Positions 38,413 to 52,376 of a DNA stretch of 64,000 nucleotides are shown in pieces (the first letter of the stretch is position 1; each line of letters starts with the position of its first letter). A program made the position numbers and the translations under genes. The stretch lies in the NCBI RefSeq assembly GCF_018977255.1, contig NW_024704743.1, positions 75,022,001-75,086,000 of the forward strand. The letters are read 5' to 3'. The notes beneath the pieces were generated by a model that worked only from the letters and a program-made list of their open reading frames with translations, was not told the origin of the DNA and did not search any database. Source of the stretch: Callorhinchus milii. Its lineage: Eukaryota.

Positions 38413-39599
38413 CCTGGAACCCTGGTTGTTGTATCTTTCTGTGACTGCCTCAAGAACTTGCTTACTCCATGTCCTGTTTGCAGGGTGTGTGTGTGTGTAT
38501 GTTCAGCACCTGGAGTTTTCAGTCTTAATCACGACAAATGTGGATTGTGTGAATAAAGCTTTTCACACGTTCCACAAAACCTACAGTCAATTCACTTTAC
38601 CGTATATTTTATGAAGGGCTTTGAGATGTCGATCACGCCCTTTAGGTTTACGCTGGTGTTGTCATGTCACCCCCACCCCCCCGCCCAGGTTTGTTAAAGA
38701 AACCAATCATTTTTTTGCAACAATCCAATATATGTTATTTCTTCATGTTTGGTTTGCATCAATAAAGTGAAAACATGTAGGTTGACATTAAAATGTACCT
38801 TTCAATAGCACCAATCAACTCCGTAAAATTTGTCAAATTTCCCTGTAAGCTTTCGCAAATACTAATGCAATTTTCTATTGGCCCTGATCTTGAGTAACCA
38901 CCGGCTATTTGACCAAGCACAGAGTAGCCCAATCCTGTCCTCACTTAGCATTCACATTTACATGCCAATTCATCCTGATTTGCTCAATTTATTGTATTTA
39001 CATCCTTCTAGTTAGTCTGAAAAACATTATTCCATTTGACTTGGTCAAAAAATATTTACCCATCTGTGTTTAAAACTGATGCCAAGTAGAATTCAACCGA
39101 ATTGAAGTTATTGGCTTTATCATTAATCACTAATTGATTAGTATCCCAAGTTTTGTGAGATAGAGCTAAATATTTGGTAAGTGAGAGTATTAAGGGATAT
39201 ATATGGTGAAAAGACAAATAATTTAAATTATAGACTTGCCCTAGTGTTAATGCCAGTGTTAATGGTGAAACAGGCTTGGGTTGTATGGACTACTGTTTAC
39301 AATGTCACAAGATTTGTTCAGATAAAGACCCCATCGCCCTAACGTGAACGCGCTATATAAATGTAAATGGTAATGTATGATTTTTTTGTGCCAATAATTT
39401 AGCTCTCCATCTGTTTATATGTGGATCATCATCTGTGTAGAGTTCCTTTTAGCCAGGAAACCTCGTCAATTGTTCCCAAAGTCTATCCTAATTTAAACAA
39501 TAATGTTATTTTGTCTCTTCAAGCTTCTGTTCATCTCACTGTTCATGAGAATTCCCAAAAGTCTTATAATGATGCCTGCTGACCGCTTCCTATGAAATG

Positions 39600-41095
39600 C
39601 AAGGATGATATTTCCTATTTATTATTATGGATGTTTCAAAACGCCACCAATCTGCCCTCTTTTTGTACAGATAATCTAAAAAAATCTTGAATATTACAAT
39701 TGTTGGCTTTAAGTATTTATTGTTGAAAAAGATTTTAAATTTTCCTTAAGCGAATATTTTGTATAAATTTTGCACACATACAGATGTCGTGCAAATATTA
39801 TAAATTCTTACTAGACTTACGAAGCACTAATCACAGAGTTCTTTTCCCCAGCTGCTACTCTCTCACCAGCACAGTTTAGGCCATCCTTATCCATTCCATT
39901 GGCTTTAATGGCACCAGCAATGAGCCATCTGCAGAACACCTATTCTACAGCAGTGCCTCCAGCATTCAACCATAAGGGTTTTTCTGAACAACACGGCTAG
40001 TTTGGTGGCTAATTTTACCTGTGTATTGTACTGCCTAGGAACTATGCAGATAATATTAGACCCATCATGAGTTATTCAGTCAAAGGATAGCTTGTTCTCC
40101 TCTCTGCCCTCTTTGTTTTGTGCATGGACTAGCTTGGTGAAAAGCAGCCAAAGTATTTTCCTGGTCGCTCCAATTACAATGTAAGAATGTTCTGATTGGA
40201 TTTTGTGTGGATTTGCCCACTGTCCGGTTTCTGTTCAAACCGGGGACAATGGAACCTGTCAGATGTTACCCATGTGCAAACTTCTGGAAGCCCTGCGTGA
40301 TTAAATCTGTAGCAAATGCTAGCGTTTGCATATCTGCTTTGGACATTTTTTACAGATGATGATAGAAGTAACCCTTAGTGGTCAAATTGAAAGAGAATTT
40401 TGGAACCTCCAGGAAGTCTAAGATCTAAGTGGGACCCCTCCATGTTGTGTAAATTAGTTGCCAAGTAGGGTAAGTAAATGTCAAGAGACAACCTGTTCAA
40501 TCCTACTGTTTTACCGGACATGATTCACAAGGCAGATGAATAACATTTAACGCCTAGATGCTGTTCCGCACGTCAGGCTTTACAGTCACAGCAGGATCCC
40601 TGATGCCCATGGGACAGATGTGCAGTTGAACTTAGAAGTGCATAAAACGTGTTGCCAGGACTCAACCAAAGAAAATCTTGACATTTCTCAGTAATTTTAA
40701 TTTCAGTTTGGTAGAACTGTGCACAGACACATTTACTGTTCTGGCCTAAGGTACCAGTACCACTACAGTTTAAATTACAGGCTGCTTAAAATGACACAGT
40801 GTTTTAAACAAATAATAAAAATATTACACCAGTGAAAAAACACACCTCTGAAAACCAGGAAATCACATAAAAAAGACCAATAGACCAGTTAGTTAAATAG
40901 TTTGTCTGTTTAGAAATACTTTTATTTTATAAAGCAAAGTCTTGTAAACTTTTCTTCACACATATAAAAAGGAATTGCAATTTGGGGGAAAGAAGGTTTC
41001 TGACTGGAACAACCTCCCGACGAAGGATTACATGAAAGTATTGAACTTTGTACAGTGGAATAAACCTAGCTCCACTCCTGGCCTCCTTCACACGA
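39600..41095 (-). other. TMEM108: Probable TMEM108 3' UTR
   Basis: Repeat-free stretch after the stop codon; AATAAA on the minus strand at 40921-40926, 39716-39721 and 39618-39623. The true end is not determinable. Confidence 0.5.
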
Positions 41096-41293
<198 letters not shown>

Positions 41294-41582
41294 TCATGTA
41301 CGCAGAATCTTTGCAGAATCACCTCCCGCCTGGCTGTGACCACAGTTACAAGAAGTGTGATGCACTTCTGCCTTTTGGCACATACTAGCTAGCTTCCTAC
41401 ATAAGCATGCCACTTGCAGGGAGCCCAGAGTGAGGCGAGGCCAGAGTGAGAAGGAATTTGGTGAGAGTGGGAATTAGGTGCAGAAGAGAAAGTAGGTGTA
41501 ACAACAACAACAACAACAAGATTCCATTGTAGTATATCTTCTAACGACAATAATATAGGGATAAAGAGAGTGAGAGGAGAGA

Positions 41583-42520
41583 ATGACATGGCAGGTGACG
41601 TGTGAGGAATGTGGTATGTGGGAGTTGATGGAGGGCAACCTGAGCCCGGGCGACTTCATCTGCAGCAAATGTTTGCAACTGAGGAAGCTCCAGCTTAGAA
41701 TAGCTGAGCTGGAGTCTCAGGTGGAGACACTGTGCAGCATTAGAGATGGGGAGAGCTTCCTGGACAGTATCATCCTGGAGCCAGACACTCCCCCGAGTCC
41801 CAGGGAACATTCCGTTACCAGCCACGGACAGGACTGGGTGACGGTCAGACAGGCGGGTAAGGGGACCCGAAAGAGAGGGGCAGAGGAACCCCAGGTTTTA
41901 ACCTTGTCCGACAGGTATGAAATACTTGCAGCCTGTGTGGACAAGGAAGTCTGTGAGGAAGATGGGCAAACTTACCCCAACACCTCTATACAGGAGGCCA
42001 CACAAAGGGGAATAGTCAGAAGGAATATAGTGGTAATTGGGGATGAGACAGTCAGGAAGACTGACGCACTTTTCTGCAGCCGTAGCAGGGAGACAAGAAG
42101 ACTCTGTTGCCTTCCTGGGGCCAGGGTGAAGGACGTCACTTCTGGGCTGGAGAAAAATTTGAAGCAGGAGGGAGTGGATCCAATAGTTATGATTCACATA
42201 GGGACTAATGATGAAGGTAGGACCGGTAGGGACGAGTTGAGGAGCAAGTTCCAGGAATTGGGAGTTAAGCTAAAGAGTAGAACTTTGAAGGTATTAATAT
42301 CAGGATTACTACCTGAGCCAGGGGCAAATTGATACAGGCAAAAAAAAATTAAAGATCTGAATACCTGGCTAAAAGAGTGGTGCCCATTCAATTATGGGCC
42401 ACTGGCACCAGTATTGGGGGAGACAGGAGCTATTCCAAAGGAATGGACTCCACCTAAACAGGGCTGGGACAAATGTCCTGGCGACATGAATAAATAGGGA
42501 GGTAGACAGGTCTTTAAACT
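41583..42520 (+). pseudogene. CR1 ORF1 (Cys finger, coiled coil, SGNH/GDSL esterase-like domain), premature stop at 42330-42332
   Basis: CEEC...CSKC, heptad LQLRIAELESQVETL, VIGDETVR, LPGARV, HIGTND; NGLHLN is encoded past the stop near 42442. Confidence 0.85.
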
Positions 42521-42679
42521 ACTAAGAGGGTAAACTCAATCACATGTAATCTGTCACAATTAAAATTAGGACCGATAAAAGTGGGAGAGCAGATTAACCA
42601 GGGAGATGAGCAAAGTGTGTCAAGCGGGGAAAAGAAGCCCAGGGATAGGGTACTGGTGAATAGGACTAGTAGCCTGAAG

Positions 42680-45500
42680 TCAGAATTAAGGGCGCTATAT
42701 CTGAATGCGCGAAGCATTCGAAACAAGATAGATGAGCTAAATGCACAAATAGAAACAAACGGGTATGATCTGGTAGCCATCACCGAGACATGGTTACAGG
42801 GTGGGAGCTAAATATTCCAGTGTATGTGGCGTATAGAAAAGATAGGCAATGTGGTAAACGAGGAGGGGTGGCCCTGCTAATAAAGGATGGGATAAAAACA
42901 GTAGAAAGGGAAGATTTTAAATCAGAAAAGCAGGAAGTAAGAGTCAGTATGGGTAGAACTACAACAAGGGGCAGAAAACTCTGGTGGGAGTAGTTTATAG
43001 ACCCCCGAACAGCAGTCACAGTATCTCTCAAGGTATAAATCAGGAAATTAGCAGAGCATGTAGTAAAGGAAAAACATTAATTGTGGGTGATTTTAATCTG
43101 CACATAGATTGGGACAACCAAATTGGGAAAAGTATGATAGAGGAAGAGTTTATAGAATGTATTAGGGATAATTATCTAGATCAGTATGCCGAGGAGCCAA
43201 CCAGGGAACAGGCCATATTAGACCTTGTTTTGTGCAATGAAGCAGGGCTGATCAGCAAACTGGAAATTAAGGCTCCTCTAGGGCAAAGTGATCATAATAT
43301 GATGGAATTTAGCATTAAGTTAGAGAGAGAAGTAGTTAAGTCCGAAGCAAAGGTTTTAAATTTAAGTAGAGCCAACTTTGCTGGTATGAGAGAGGATTTA
43401 GCTAAAATAAACTGGGAAATTAGACTGAAGGATTTGACAGTAAACCAGCAATGGCAGACGTTTAAGAAGGTGGAAGTTTAAGGAGATGGAGTGCAAAATT
43501 CCCAGCGAGCACGTATCCTTTGAGGAATAAGAATGCCATAGGAAAGGTGGCCCAACCGTGGCTAACTAGAGCAGTTAGGGAAAGTATAAAGTTAAAGGAA
43601 GAAGCCTATAAAACAGCTAAGATGAGTCGTAAACCCGAGGATTGGGAGAACTTTAGGGATCAACAAAGGAGAACTAAAAAAGTGATTAAGAGGGAGAAAA
43701 TGGAATATGAGGGCAAACTAGCGAAGAACATAAAGACAGACTGCAAGAGTTTTTAAAAATATATAAAGAGGAAGAGGCTGTCAAAGGTAGATGTGGGTCC
43801 ATTACAAGCAGAGACGGGGGGAATTATAGTAGGGGACAAAGACATGGCAGAGTCATTAAACAAGTACTTTGCTACTGTCTTCACCTTAGAAGACACTGAA
43901 AACCTACCAAGAATAGAGGGGAACCAAGAAGACAATGTTAGCGAGCAACTTGGGGAATTAATATTAGTAAAGAAATGGTTTTAGGTAAATTGTCAGGTCT
44001 TAAAACTGATAAATCTCCTGGACCTGATGGCCTACATCCTAGGGTTTTAAAAGAGGTGGCTACTGAGATAGTGGATGGCTTGTCTTTGATCTTCCAAAAT
44101 TCTCTGGATTCTGGAACGGTTCCCATTGATTGGAAGATTGCAAACGTAACACCACTATTTAAGAAGGGTGGGAGAGAAAAGATGGGGAACTATAGACCAG
44201 TTAGTCTGACATCAGTGGTAGGGAAAATTCTTGAGTCCTTAATTAAGGATGTCGTTATGGGATTCCTGGAAGACCATAACAAGATTAGGCAGAGTCAACA
44301 TGGCTTTACAAAAGGGAAGTCATGCTTAACTAATCTTTTAGAGTATTTTGAAGATGTATCTAGCAGGTTAGATAGGGGGGAACCAGTAGATGTAGTATAT
44401 TTAGATTTTAAAAAGGCATTTGACAAAGTGCCACACAAAAGGCTATTGCACAAGGTTAAGGCCCACGGGATTAATGGGAACATATTAGCATGGATTGAAG
44501 AGTGGCTAACGGGTAGAAAACAGAGAGTAGGGATAAACGGGTCATTCTCGAATTGGCAGGATGTGACTAGTGGAGTGCCACAAGGATCAGTGCTTGGGCC
44601 TCAGCTATTTACAATTTACATCAATGATCTAGACGAGGACATTGAATGCAACGTATCTAAATTCGCGGATGACACTAAACGAGGTGGGAGAGTAAGCTCT
44701 GAGGATGATACAAAAAGATTGCAACGGGAATTCGATAGGCTAGGGGAGTGGGCGAGTAGGTGGCAGATGGAATTCATTCTGAGGAAGTGTGAAGTTATTC
44801 ACCTAGGTAGCAAAAATAGAAAAACAGATAATTTTCTAGAGGGGGAGAGATTAGATAGTGTTAGTGTTCAGAGGGATTTGGGTATCCTTGTACACCAGTC
44901 TCAAAAAGTTAGTTTGCAGGTGCAGCAAGCAACTAAGAAGGTGAACAGCATGTTAGCATTCATTGCAAAAGGTTTAGAGTACAAGAGTAGGGAAGTCTTG
45001 CTGCAACTGTATAGGGCCCTGGTGAGACCGCACCTAGAGTATTGTGTGCAGTTTTGGTCTCCTTATTTAAAAAAGGACATACTTGCCCTAGAGGGGGTGC
45101 AGCGTAGATTCACTCGGTTAGTTCCTGGGATGAGGGGACTGACCTATGAAGATAGGCTGAATAAACTAGGGCTGTATTCTCCAGAGTACAGAAGAATTAG
45201 GGGAGATCTTATTGAAACATATAAGATTCTTAAAGGGCTGGATAAAGTAGACACTGAGGGACTGTTTCCCCTGGTAGGAGAATCTATAACCAGGGGTCAC
45301 AGTCTTAAAATTAAGGGTCAGTCTTTTAGAACAGAGTTGAGAAAACATTTCTTCACTCAGAGGGTAGTGAATTTATGGAATTCACTACCCCAGAAGGCTG
45401 TAGATGCTCAGTCCTTGAACATCTTCAAGGCTGAGACTGATAGATTTTTAAAGAAATAGAGGGATTAGGGGATATGGGGATAGAGCAGGTAATTAGAGTT
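42680..45500 (+). pseudogene. CR1 ORF2 (APE endonuclease plus reverse transcriptase), several frameshifts; RT part open over 43975-45459
   Basis: YLNARS, ITETW, YRPP, GDFN, LDL, SDH endonuclease motifs; [41 protein letters not shown] motifs. Confidence 0.95.
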
Positions 45501-46449
45501 GGGTCAGAACATCAGCCATGATCTTATCGAATGGCGGGGCAGGCTCGAGGGGCCGAATGGCCTACTCCTGATCCTAATTCTTATGTTCTTATGTTCTAAG
45601 CTGGACAGCCTAAGCCAGAAGTGACATTAGTGGTGATCTGATGATCTGGATGTGGGACCAGTGGCTATTTTTGTTTTGTTGTCCCGTTATAACACGGTGT
45701 CTAATTTTGTGGACCCAAAACATATAATGGGGTCACTGCGTAATTATATTTTTCCCCTGGCTTGTCAGACAGATAAAAAAAATTGCAGATTACAAGTGCA
45801 GGATAGTCACTGTTCATCCTACTCGAAGGCTAGCAGGAGAAAGGTTGTAAGATGGACAATCAGGGTCTTTTCTGCTCTGAGAGAGAAAGGTCCACTCATT
45901 TCTCATGTCAGAATTCAGTACCCCAACGCAAAACCGATAAACATCAGAATGTGGAAATAGGGCTTGAATAGTTATAACCATTTGGTTTGTGGTCATAGTC
46001 CCAACATTTCTCATTTTGTCTTAACATTTAAGCTCACACAAAACTTTCAAAAATTCTTGAATTCAGTCTCAAGGTTGAGGTATATTTTTCTTCCTCAAGT
46101 TCTTCTTAAGAACTTCAGGAAAACATCTTCCAAATTACGAGCGAATTCAAGAATTTCCCCAAATTAGCAACGACATTAAATTTTAAGGCAACAACCCTGG
46201 CTTTCCTAGGGTTAGGGAGAGAAAAAACAGCCAGGCTCCTGTTCCAAGTCCTACTCTGTGCCCTCCACTCGTTGTGCACCTGTATAGCACCTGGGGAAGA
46301 GGTCAGGATCAGCAGTGACACACTTTACAGGAGAATAATGGCCCCTTGGGTGGGCCCCTTGTAGAGCAACCAGCTCCTGTGGAACCGCACCCAGCAACAG
46401 GCAGCGAGAGACCAAGAGAAGAGGGCGTCCATCAAGGTGGAGAAAATCA

Positions 46450-46683
<234 letters not shown>

Positions 46684-47534
46684 TTATACAAGAAAACACT
46701 TTGCATCACACAGCTTACATTCAATTTCATTGCTTGCTCAAATTGGCTGCCATGTTTACCCCAAAATACACAGTTTACAGTTTATCCTGTGATACAAAGT
46801 GTAAGGATTATTATTATTATGAGTTTTATTAGTCTGGTACTGTATTTGTTTAAGGTTCATCCTGCAGAGTAGATCCTTGTAGCAGTTTGAGCAATTATAG
46901 AACTAAACTGTACAATAAGGCTTGACATTCAGTGGAGATAGTTACAATATCTGAAAGAAACATCTTACAGTGAACAAGAAAATGCTGCTCTATACAGTGA
47001 TCATGTAAGTGACCCATGATGAATGATATTCTTGCTACACTTTCCTTTGCTTAAGACGTACTCTTGTTCTGTTCTGATAATCTTGTACAGCTGTCCTATT
47101 TCTCGAAAATTGTCATGTTACTCACACACACACACACACACTCAATCAGCCTCCTCCTTATATGGGTACAAATCCTTGATGCGTCACTTAAACAGCACTG
47201 CACATACGGTAAAACTCCAGCACAGGTTGTTTGGCCACATAAACCACTCAACTGGTTTATTATCTCAGTATTACTACAGTGCTGTCCCATTCTCAACTCT
47301 TACAAGAACTTTTTACAGCATCTTACTGTGCCGAAATATCTCAAAGCTTTTCACAAATAAAGACTGTCAAGTGCGGTGACTGTTTTCTGTTCGCAAATGT
47401 AGCCACCATTTGTGCCAGTAAAACAGACATGAGATGAATGGACAACTTACCTGGTGGATCATTGAACTATGCTGGCACTGGAACAAACTACCTTCTTTTT
47501 TCAAATAGTATCAAGGGATCTTGGGTATCAGCCA

Positions 47535-47940
47535 GCCTCAGTTATAGCACTTTTGCCCTGAGTCAGAAGATTATGGGTTCAAGCTTCATGTAAGGAACTT
47601 TGAGCTCATAGTCGAGGTTGACACTCCAATACAGAGTTGGGGGGTGTTGCATTGTTGGAGAAGCCATCCTTTGGATAAGACTTTAAATCAAGGTCCTGTT
47701 TGCCTGTTCAGGTGGATGTTGCAAATCCCATAGTACTATTCAAAAAGAGAAGGGAGTTTCTTCCAGTGTGCTTATCAAGAATCCTCCGGGTGAACTTGGC
47801 CATTCACTTCATAGCTCTGTTTGTGGACAACTACTTTGGGCAAATTGATTGCCGCATTGTTCTACAAAAACATAGTCACTACGCTTTAAAATAAATCCTG
47901 TGATGTACTTTGGGATTTCCTCCTGATGTGAAAGTCATGA
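47535..47940 (+). mobile_element. Deu-domain SINE (SacSINE1/AmnSINE-like), near full length
   Basis: tRNA-like head (TAGCAC...GAGTCAGAAG...GGGTTCAAG), central domain (CAGGTGGATGT...ATCCCAT...ACTATT), shared 3' tail. Confidence 0.75.
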
Positions 47941-47954
47941 TGTCAAAAATAAAT

Positions 47955-48140
47955 ATGGTCCACCTGAAGAACAGGCACCTTGGTTTCTTGTCTCATCTAA
48001 AAATGGCACCTCTGCTGTTGTAGTGCTCCCCAGTAAAGCACTGGAGCATCATCATGGATTCTGAGCTCAAGTTCTGATGTGAGGCTGAACCCACAATCTT
48101 CTAATTCAGAGACAAGAGCATTACCAACAGAGCCAGGCTA
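47955..48140 (-). mobile_element. Deu-domain SINE 5' half, inverted relative to the preceding copy
   Basis: Reverse-complement similarity to 47535-47720. Confidence 0.7.
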
Positions 48141-49004
48141 AATGATTTTACTGGGAAAGAGTTGGATGAGGTGTTATTCTAAATGAACTCGTCTTCTACA
48201 GAAAATCCCTGAACTTTATTATCCGCTGAGCATATATAATCACAGAAATTTACAGCACAGAAGAAGGCCTTTCGGCCTGTGTAGATAATAAGAGTTGTTT
48301 AATTGAAACGCGGATACGTTACTGTTGAAGATATTTTGGCAGATTTTTCCGAGTGCTTTCCAATGTTTTAGTAATGTTTTAAATGGAGAATTTCTGCAAA
48401 CATTCATTGCACTCCGGGATATGTCTACAAGCCCAGACTGGAAAGTCCTGAACCATTCAGTGCTGCATAAGAAAACTAAATTATCCCAATATGGAATGAG
48501 TTCAAGTTTCATCTACTAAATGCTCAGCAATTGCAAATAACAAAATACAGTAATACGTCTGCTGCTAGTTCATAGAATCATAGAATCTTAAGAGTTCTTT
48601 TGACAGAGCTATTATTTTCTTTTCCGTTGTTCATAAAGCCTTTATTGTTTTTGCTGGAGGGCTGTTAATTTATAAGGAGTGTAGACGTGTAGTGTGGGGG
48701 GAGGGTGCGACACAGAATTGTGAGTTCATTTACATGACTCACTGAACCCAAGCAACTCATTGAGAGCTGAGTGGAGAGAACTTAGAACCTTCCACAATGG
48801 GAGGGAGGGAGGGGGAGAGGAACTAGGGGAGAAGGGGGAAGGCACAAGAGGGGAAAAAAGGAGGAAGAAGCTGGAAGGGAAAAAAATAATTGTTGCATTT
48901 GACATAGAGGCTTTCACATCTGGAGGAAATCTCAAGGAGATTCACAGGATTTACTGTGAAATGTAGTTGACTGTATTTTGTGGGTAAAATAACCCTGTCC
49001 GCCT

Positions 49005-49590
49005 CCAACGACACATTTCCTCTGGGCCTCCGAGATTCTAATCCATGCTTTCCTCGTGGCCAGGCTAATGCCTCGCTGGATTTCCCAGATCTTCCCTGCA
49101 CATACTGCAAACTATCCAGAACCTGCAGCCCATGTCCTCTCCTGCACCAGGCTCCGCGAGCCTATCACCTCCATTTTCATTTGGCTCCATTGACTCTCCA
49201 TTCCCCAGGGGATTGAATTCAAGATCCTTGTTCTCACCTTCAAATTCCTCCATGGTCTCGCCAAACCCTACCTCTGTGACTTCCTCAAATTTTACCAGTC
49301 TAGCCACTCCCTTGGATCAACCAGGCCCACATTATCCTCCTCACCAGTGTGGGAAGGCCTTCAGCCAATCTGCCCCTGGAACTCCATCCCAGAGTCCCTC
49401 TGACTTGCTCCCCTCCTCATCTCATCCAAGGTCCATCTCAAAATATACCTCTTTGGCCACATCTTTCCCACCCCTCCTCCTTCGGCTCCCATCCCAGCTC
49501 GGCTGCCCAGCCAGTAGTTTTAAGCGCTTTGAGAAGTCCCTGCAACATGAACGGTGCTACATAAATGTAAATTGTATAAATTATATTGTA
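49005..49590 (+). mobile_element. L2 LINE 3' fragment (older)
   Basis: Similar to 1831-2291 and the reverse complement of 11024-11600. Confidence 0.8.
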
Positions 49591-50134
49591 TTGTAGACTT
49601 ACACTATCGCCAATTTGCACACAGAAATCAAGGAGACATAATAAAGGCAGATAAAATAATAACTGAAATATGGGAAAGTATGAATCTAGAAAGGAAAGAG
49701 GCAAATTGTACCCATTATCCTAAGAAAATCCAACAGTGGTTGTAAGTAGCATTAAGCCAGTTTAGAGATCAATATCTGCAGACTGGAGATAAACCGTAGT
49801 GTTCAATAAATACACTGGTGTCAATTGCTATAGGGAATGTTTACATGAAAGAGTGGCCTCTGGTGCACAGAGTGCAAACAGGATCAAAGCAGACAAAAGA
49901 CCTATAATTTACTTGTGATAGACTTTTGTCAAAAAATTAGGAAAATAAAAGAACACGGATCACTATTATTATGCATGCAAATATCTAAAAAAAAGTAAAG
50001 TTTTTTTAAATAAAAGAGGTAACGATGGCTCAGTGGGTGAGCACAAGTCCCAAGCAATCGATGACCTCTATAAAGGGCTCTGAGACATTCTCCAGAAATG
50101 AAAAGCACTATAATCAAAGGCAAGGAATACTATG

Positions 50135-50295
50135 AATAATAAATAATAACAATAATCCTTGCATTTGATATAGCGGCTTATCACATCTTCGAGACGTCTC
50201 AAAGCAATTCACAGTATTGACTATATATTTTGTGGCCGAAATGCAGCAACCAATTGCGCACAGCAGTGTCCCACAAACAGTTGTGGATTGAGTGA
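50135..50295 (-). mobile_element. SINE 3' half
   Basis: Shared tail and stem-loop. Confidence 0.8.
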
Positions 50296-50547
50296 TTAAT
50301 AAATTAACAAATTAATAATATTATTTTCTCATAATTACATACCCACTATCACACAATTCTGTAAAATACAAGGCTAAATGCCATTTACCATCTCTGCCAT
50401 TTCCTCACCCTCCTTGACAAGATTCCTCTCTTTTTATTTGCCCCTTCCCCTTTCTTCATCAATTATTTTGCATTTTATGTATTCATAAAATTGTTTTTCT
50501 ATTTCCATTTATGTTGTTTGCCTGTTTTCATATCTCTCTAATTTGTC

Positions 50548-50772
50548 TGGGGGTGTCAAATTCTACCTGGGTTCAGATTTACTCTATTTATAGCATTTCA
50601 AAATATCCAGAATTTGGAAAAATGATTGTATTTTCAGTCTTAATTTTGAAGATGATTTTCTGTGGTTCTTAAAAAGTCTTTAAAATTAAAACTGTATTTA
50701 AGAATTTATCAAATTCTGGACAATCTGAAATGCTAACAAAATGGAGAGAATCTAGATCCAGGTAGAATTTCC
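50548..50772. mobile_element. MITE-like element, second copy
   Basis: AAATTCTACCTGGGTTCAGATT and AATCTAGATCCAGGTAGAATTT inverted ends; interior collinear with 34719-34923. Confidence 0.7.
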
Positions 50773-50903
50773 AAGACAAGGATAAATCTTAACCAAAAGG
50801 CAACCACGACACAGATTGCATGTTATTGAACAGATGTGCAGTCAGGGTTGAACTTAAATTTGTGAAATCATAAAACATATTTGGTAGGTGTTCACTTTAC
50901 ACA

Positions 50904-51215
50904 GGAGTCCTGTAGCTCAGTGGTTAGAGCACTCGTTTTGGAAGTGAGAGACCTGGGTTTCATTCCTGGCAGGGTGAAACCTTGGGCAAATTTCCTTACT
51001 CCATATGCCTGATAATAAGCCCTCAAGAAAAAAAATATAATAAATTGGTCACTTCAATCCATGGCTGTTTGTGGGACACTGATGTGCACAATCGGTTGCC
51101 GCTTTTCGCCCACAAAATATACAGTCAATTCACTTTACAGTATATTCTGAGAAGCGCTTTGAGACTAGAAAGCTTGAAAAGCGCTATATCAAATACAAGG
51201 ATTATTAGTATTATT
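50904..51215 (+). mobile_element. tRNA-derived SINE, full length
   Basis: GGAGTCCTGTAGCTCAGTGGTTAGAGCACTCG head identical to the 8291 copy; (TTA)n tail. Confidence 0.9.
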
Positions 51216-52376
51216 TTGTTTGCTTGATGAATAGCAATAATAATTCTTGCATTTGACATAGCGCTTTATCACGTCTTCTCAAGGTGTAATTGCTGATAAG
51301 TATTCTTTATGCATCAATTCGCATATGCTTTCACCTTCTCCAGTTTCTGAGAAACTTTCACCCTTTGAATATTTACACTGGATTCACAGGTTGAGAACTT
51401 TTCCCCTGAAGGGGCCCAGGCAGTCTCAAGGAAGCCTGCTGCTGAATAATGTAGGTTTTTCAGTTCAGGCAAGTAATGAGAATACTGATGTTTCAGAGCT
51501 TAGTTGTAATACTGCTCTCCTGGCTCAGTTAAAGTTGCGAGTAAGTAATTATATTGCTAAGAAATAGAGTACGGTGTGCTCATCATACAATCTAGATGTA
51601 GGCATTATCTTAAATAACACACCTTTATACATCAACCCCAACCTCGAAAGAGCACCAGAGCCTATTTCCCAGTTTCTATTTCTAGTGTCTGTCCTTAAAC
51701 CTCTTAGAATATGTCTCCAATCAGAGGAGGAACATGGTAATCCTGAGAGTAATTTGCGTCATTCAGGGTTAGTGACCAATGCTTATCTACTGGAAGCAGG
51801 AGCTGAGGCAACTGATAATGATTTTTCTAGTCTAGTCAAACCTTGTGAAATATAAAAGGTATCCAAGCACCCAACTCCAAAATACCATTAACAATCACTT
51901 CTACTATAAGCGCCTAATGGAAATACAACCACATTTTCCTGCAGTGCAGAATTTGGAAGGAACACATTGTCTGATTTTATCAGAGTATTATTAACAGTAA
52001 ACCTTTTCCCACCAGAGTTGCACAGTGTTTTCTCTACACAATCTTCAAGGTTTCCTTCTGATTGTGCTGAAATCTGTCACTATTTGGATATGGCATCGCA
52101 CTTGATATCTTTTAGAATTTCCACAATTATTAAACACTATTAATAAAACATCCTTGCGTTTAATAGAGCACCTTATCACGTTGAGACGTCTCAAAGCGTT
52201 TCACGGGATATATTGTAATGTTGTGGGCAAATTATTGGCAAAGTTAGGGGCTCTGTTACTTTTCTCTAAAGTTAATCATTATGTATTCTTGTTTATTGCC
52301 TTAGTTATGTGGACATGGAATTCTGTATTGAATTGCTAATCATTAATGTGGATAAATACAACATACATCTATAACA

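Larger units (their letters stand above)
41420..45597 (+). mobile_element. Near-full-length CR1 LINE, disrupted, antisense in the last TMEM108 intron
   Basis: ORF1, endonuclease and RT segments in order; 3' UTR GGGGCCGAATGGCCT hairpin and (TTCTTATG)n tail; 5' boundary approximate. Confidence 0.95.

Noticed and set aside
36081..38556. Long ORFs of 491-535 aa (His-Thr or Cys-Val rich)
   Set aside because: Products of the TG microsatellite, GC-rich exon and minisatellite; only 37074-37502 on the minus strand is supported by homology.
43975..45459. Stand-alone or domesticated reverse transcriptase gene
   Set aside because: Part of a frameshifted CR1 ORF2 with a typical 3' UTR; a similar decayed copy is at 58070-60134.
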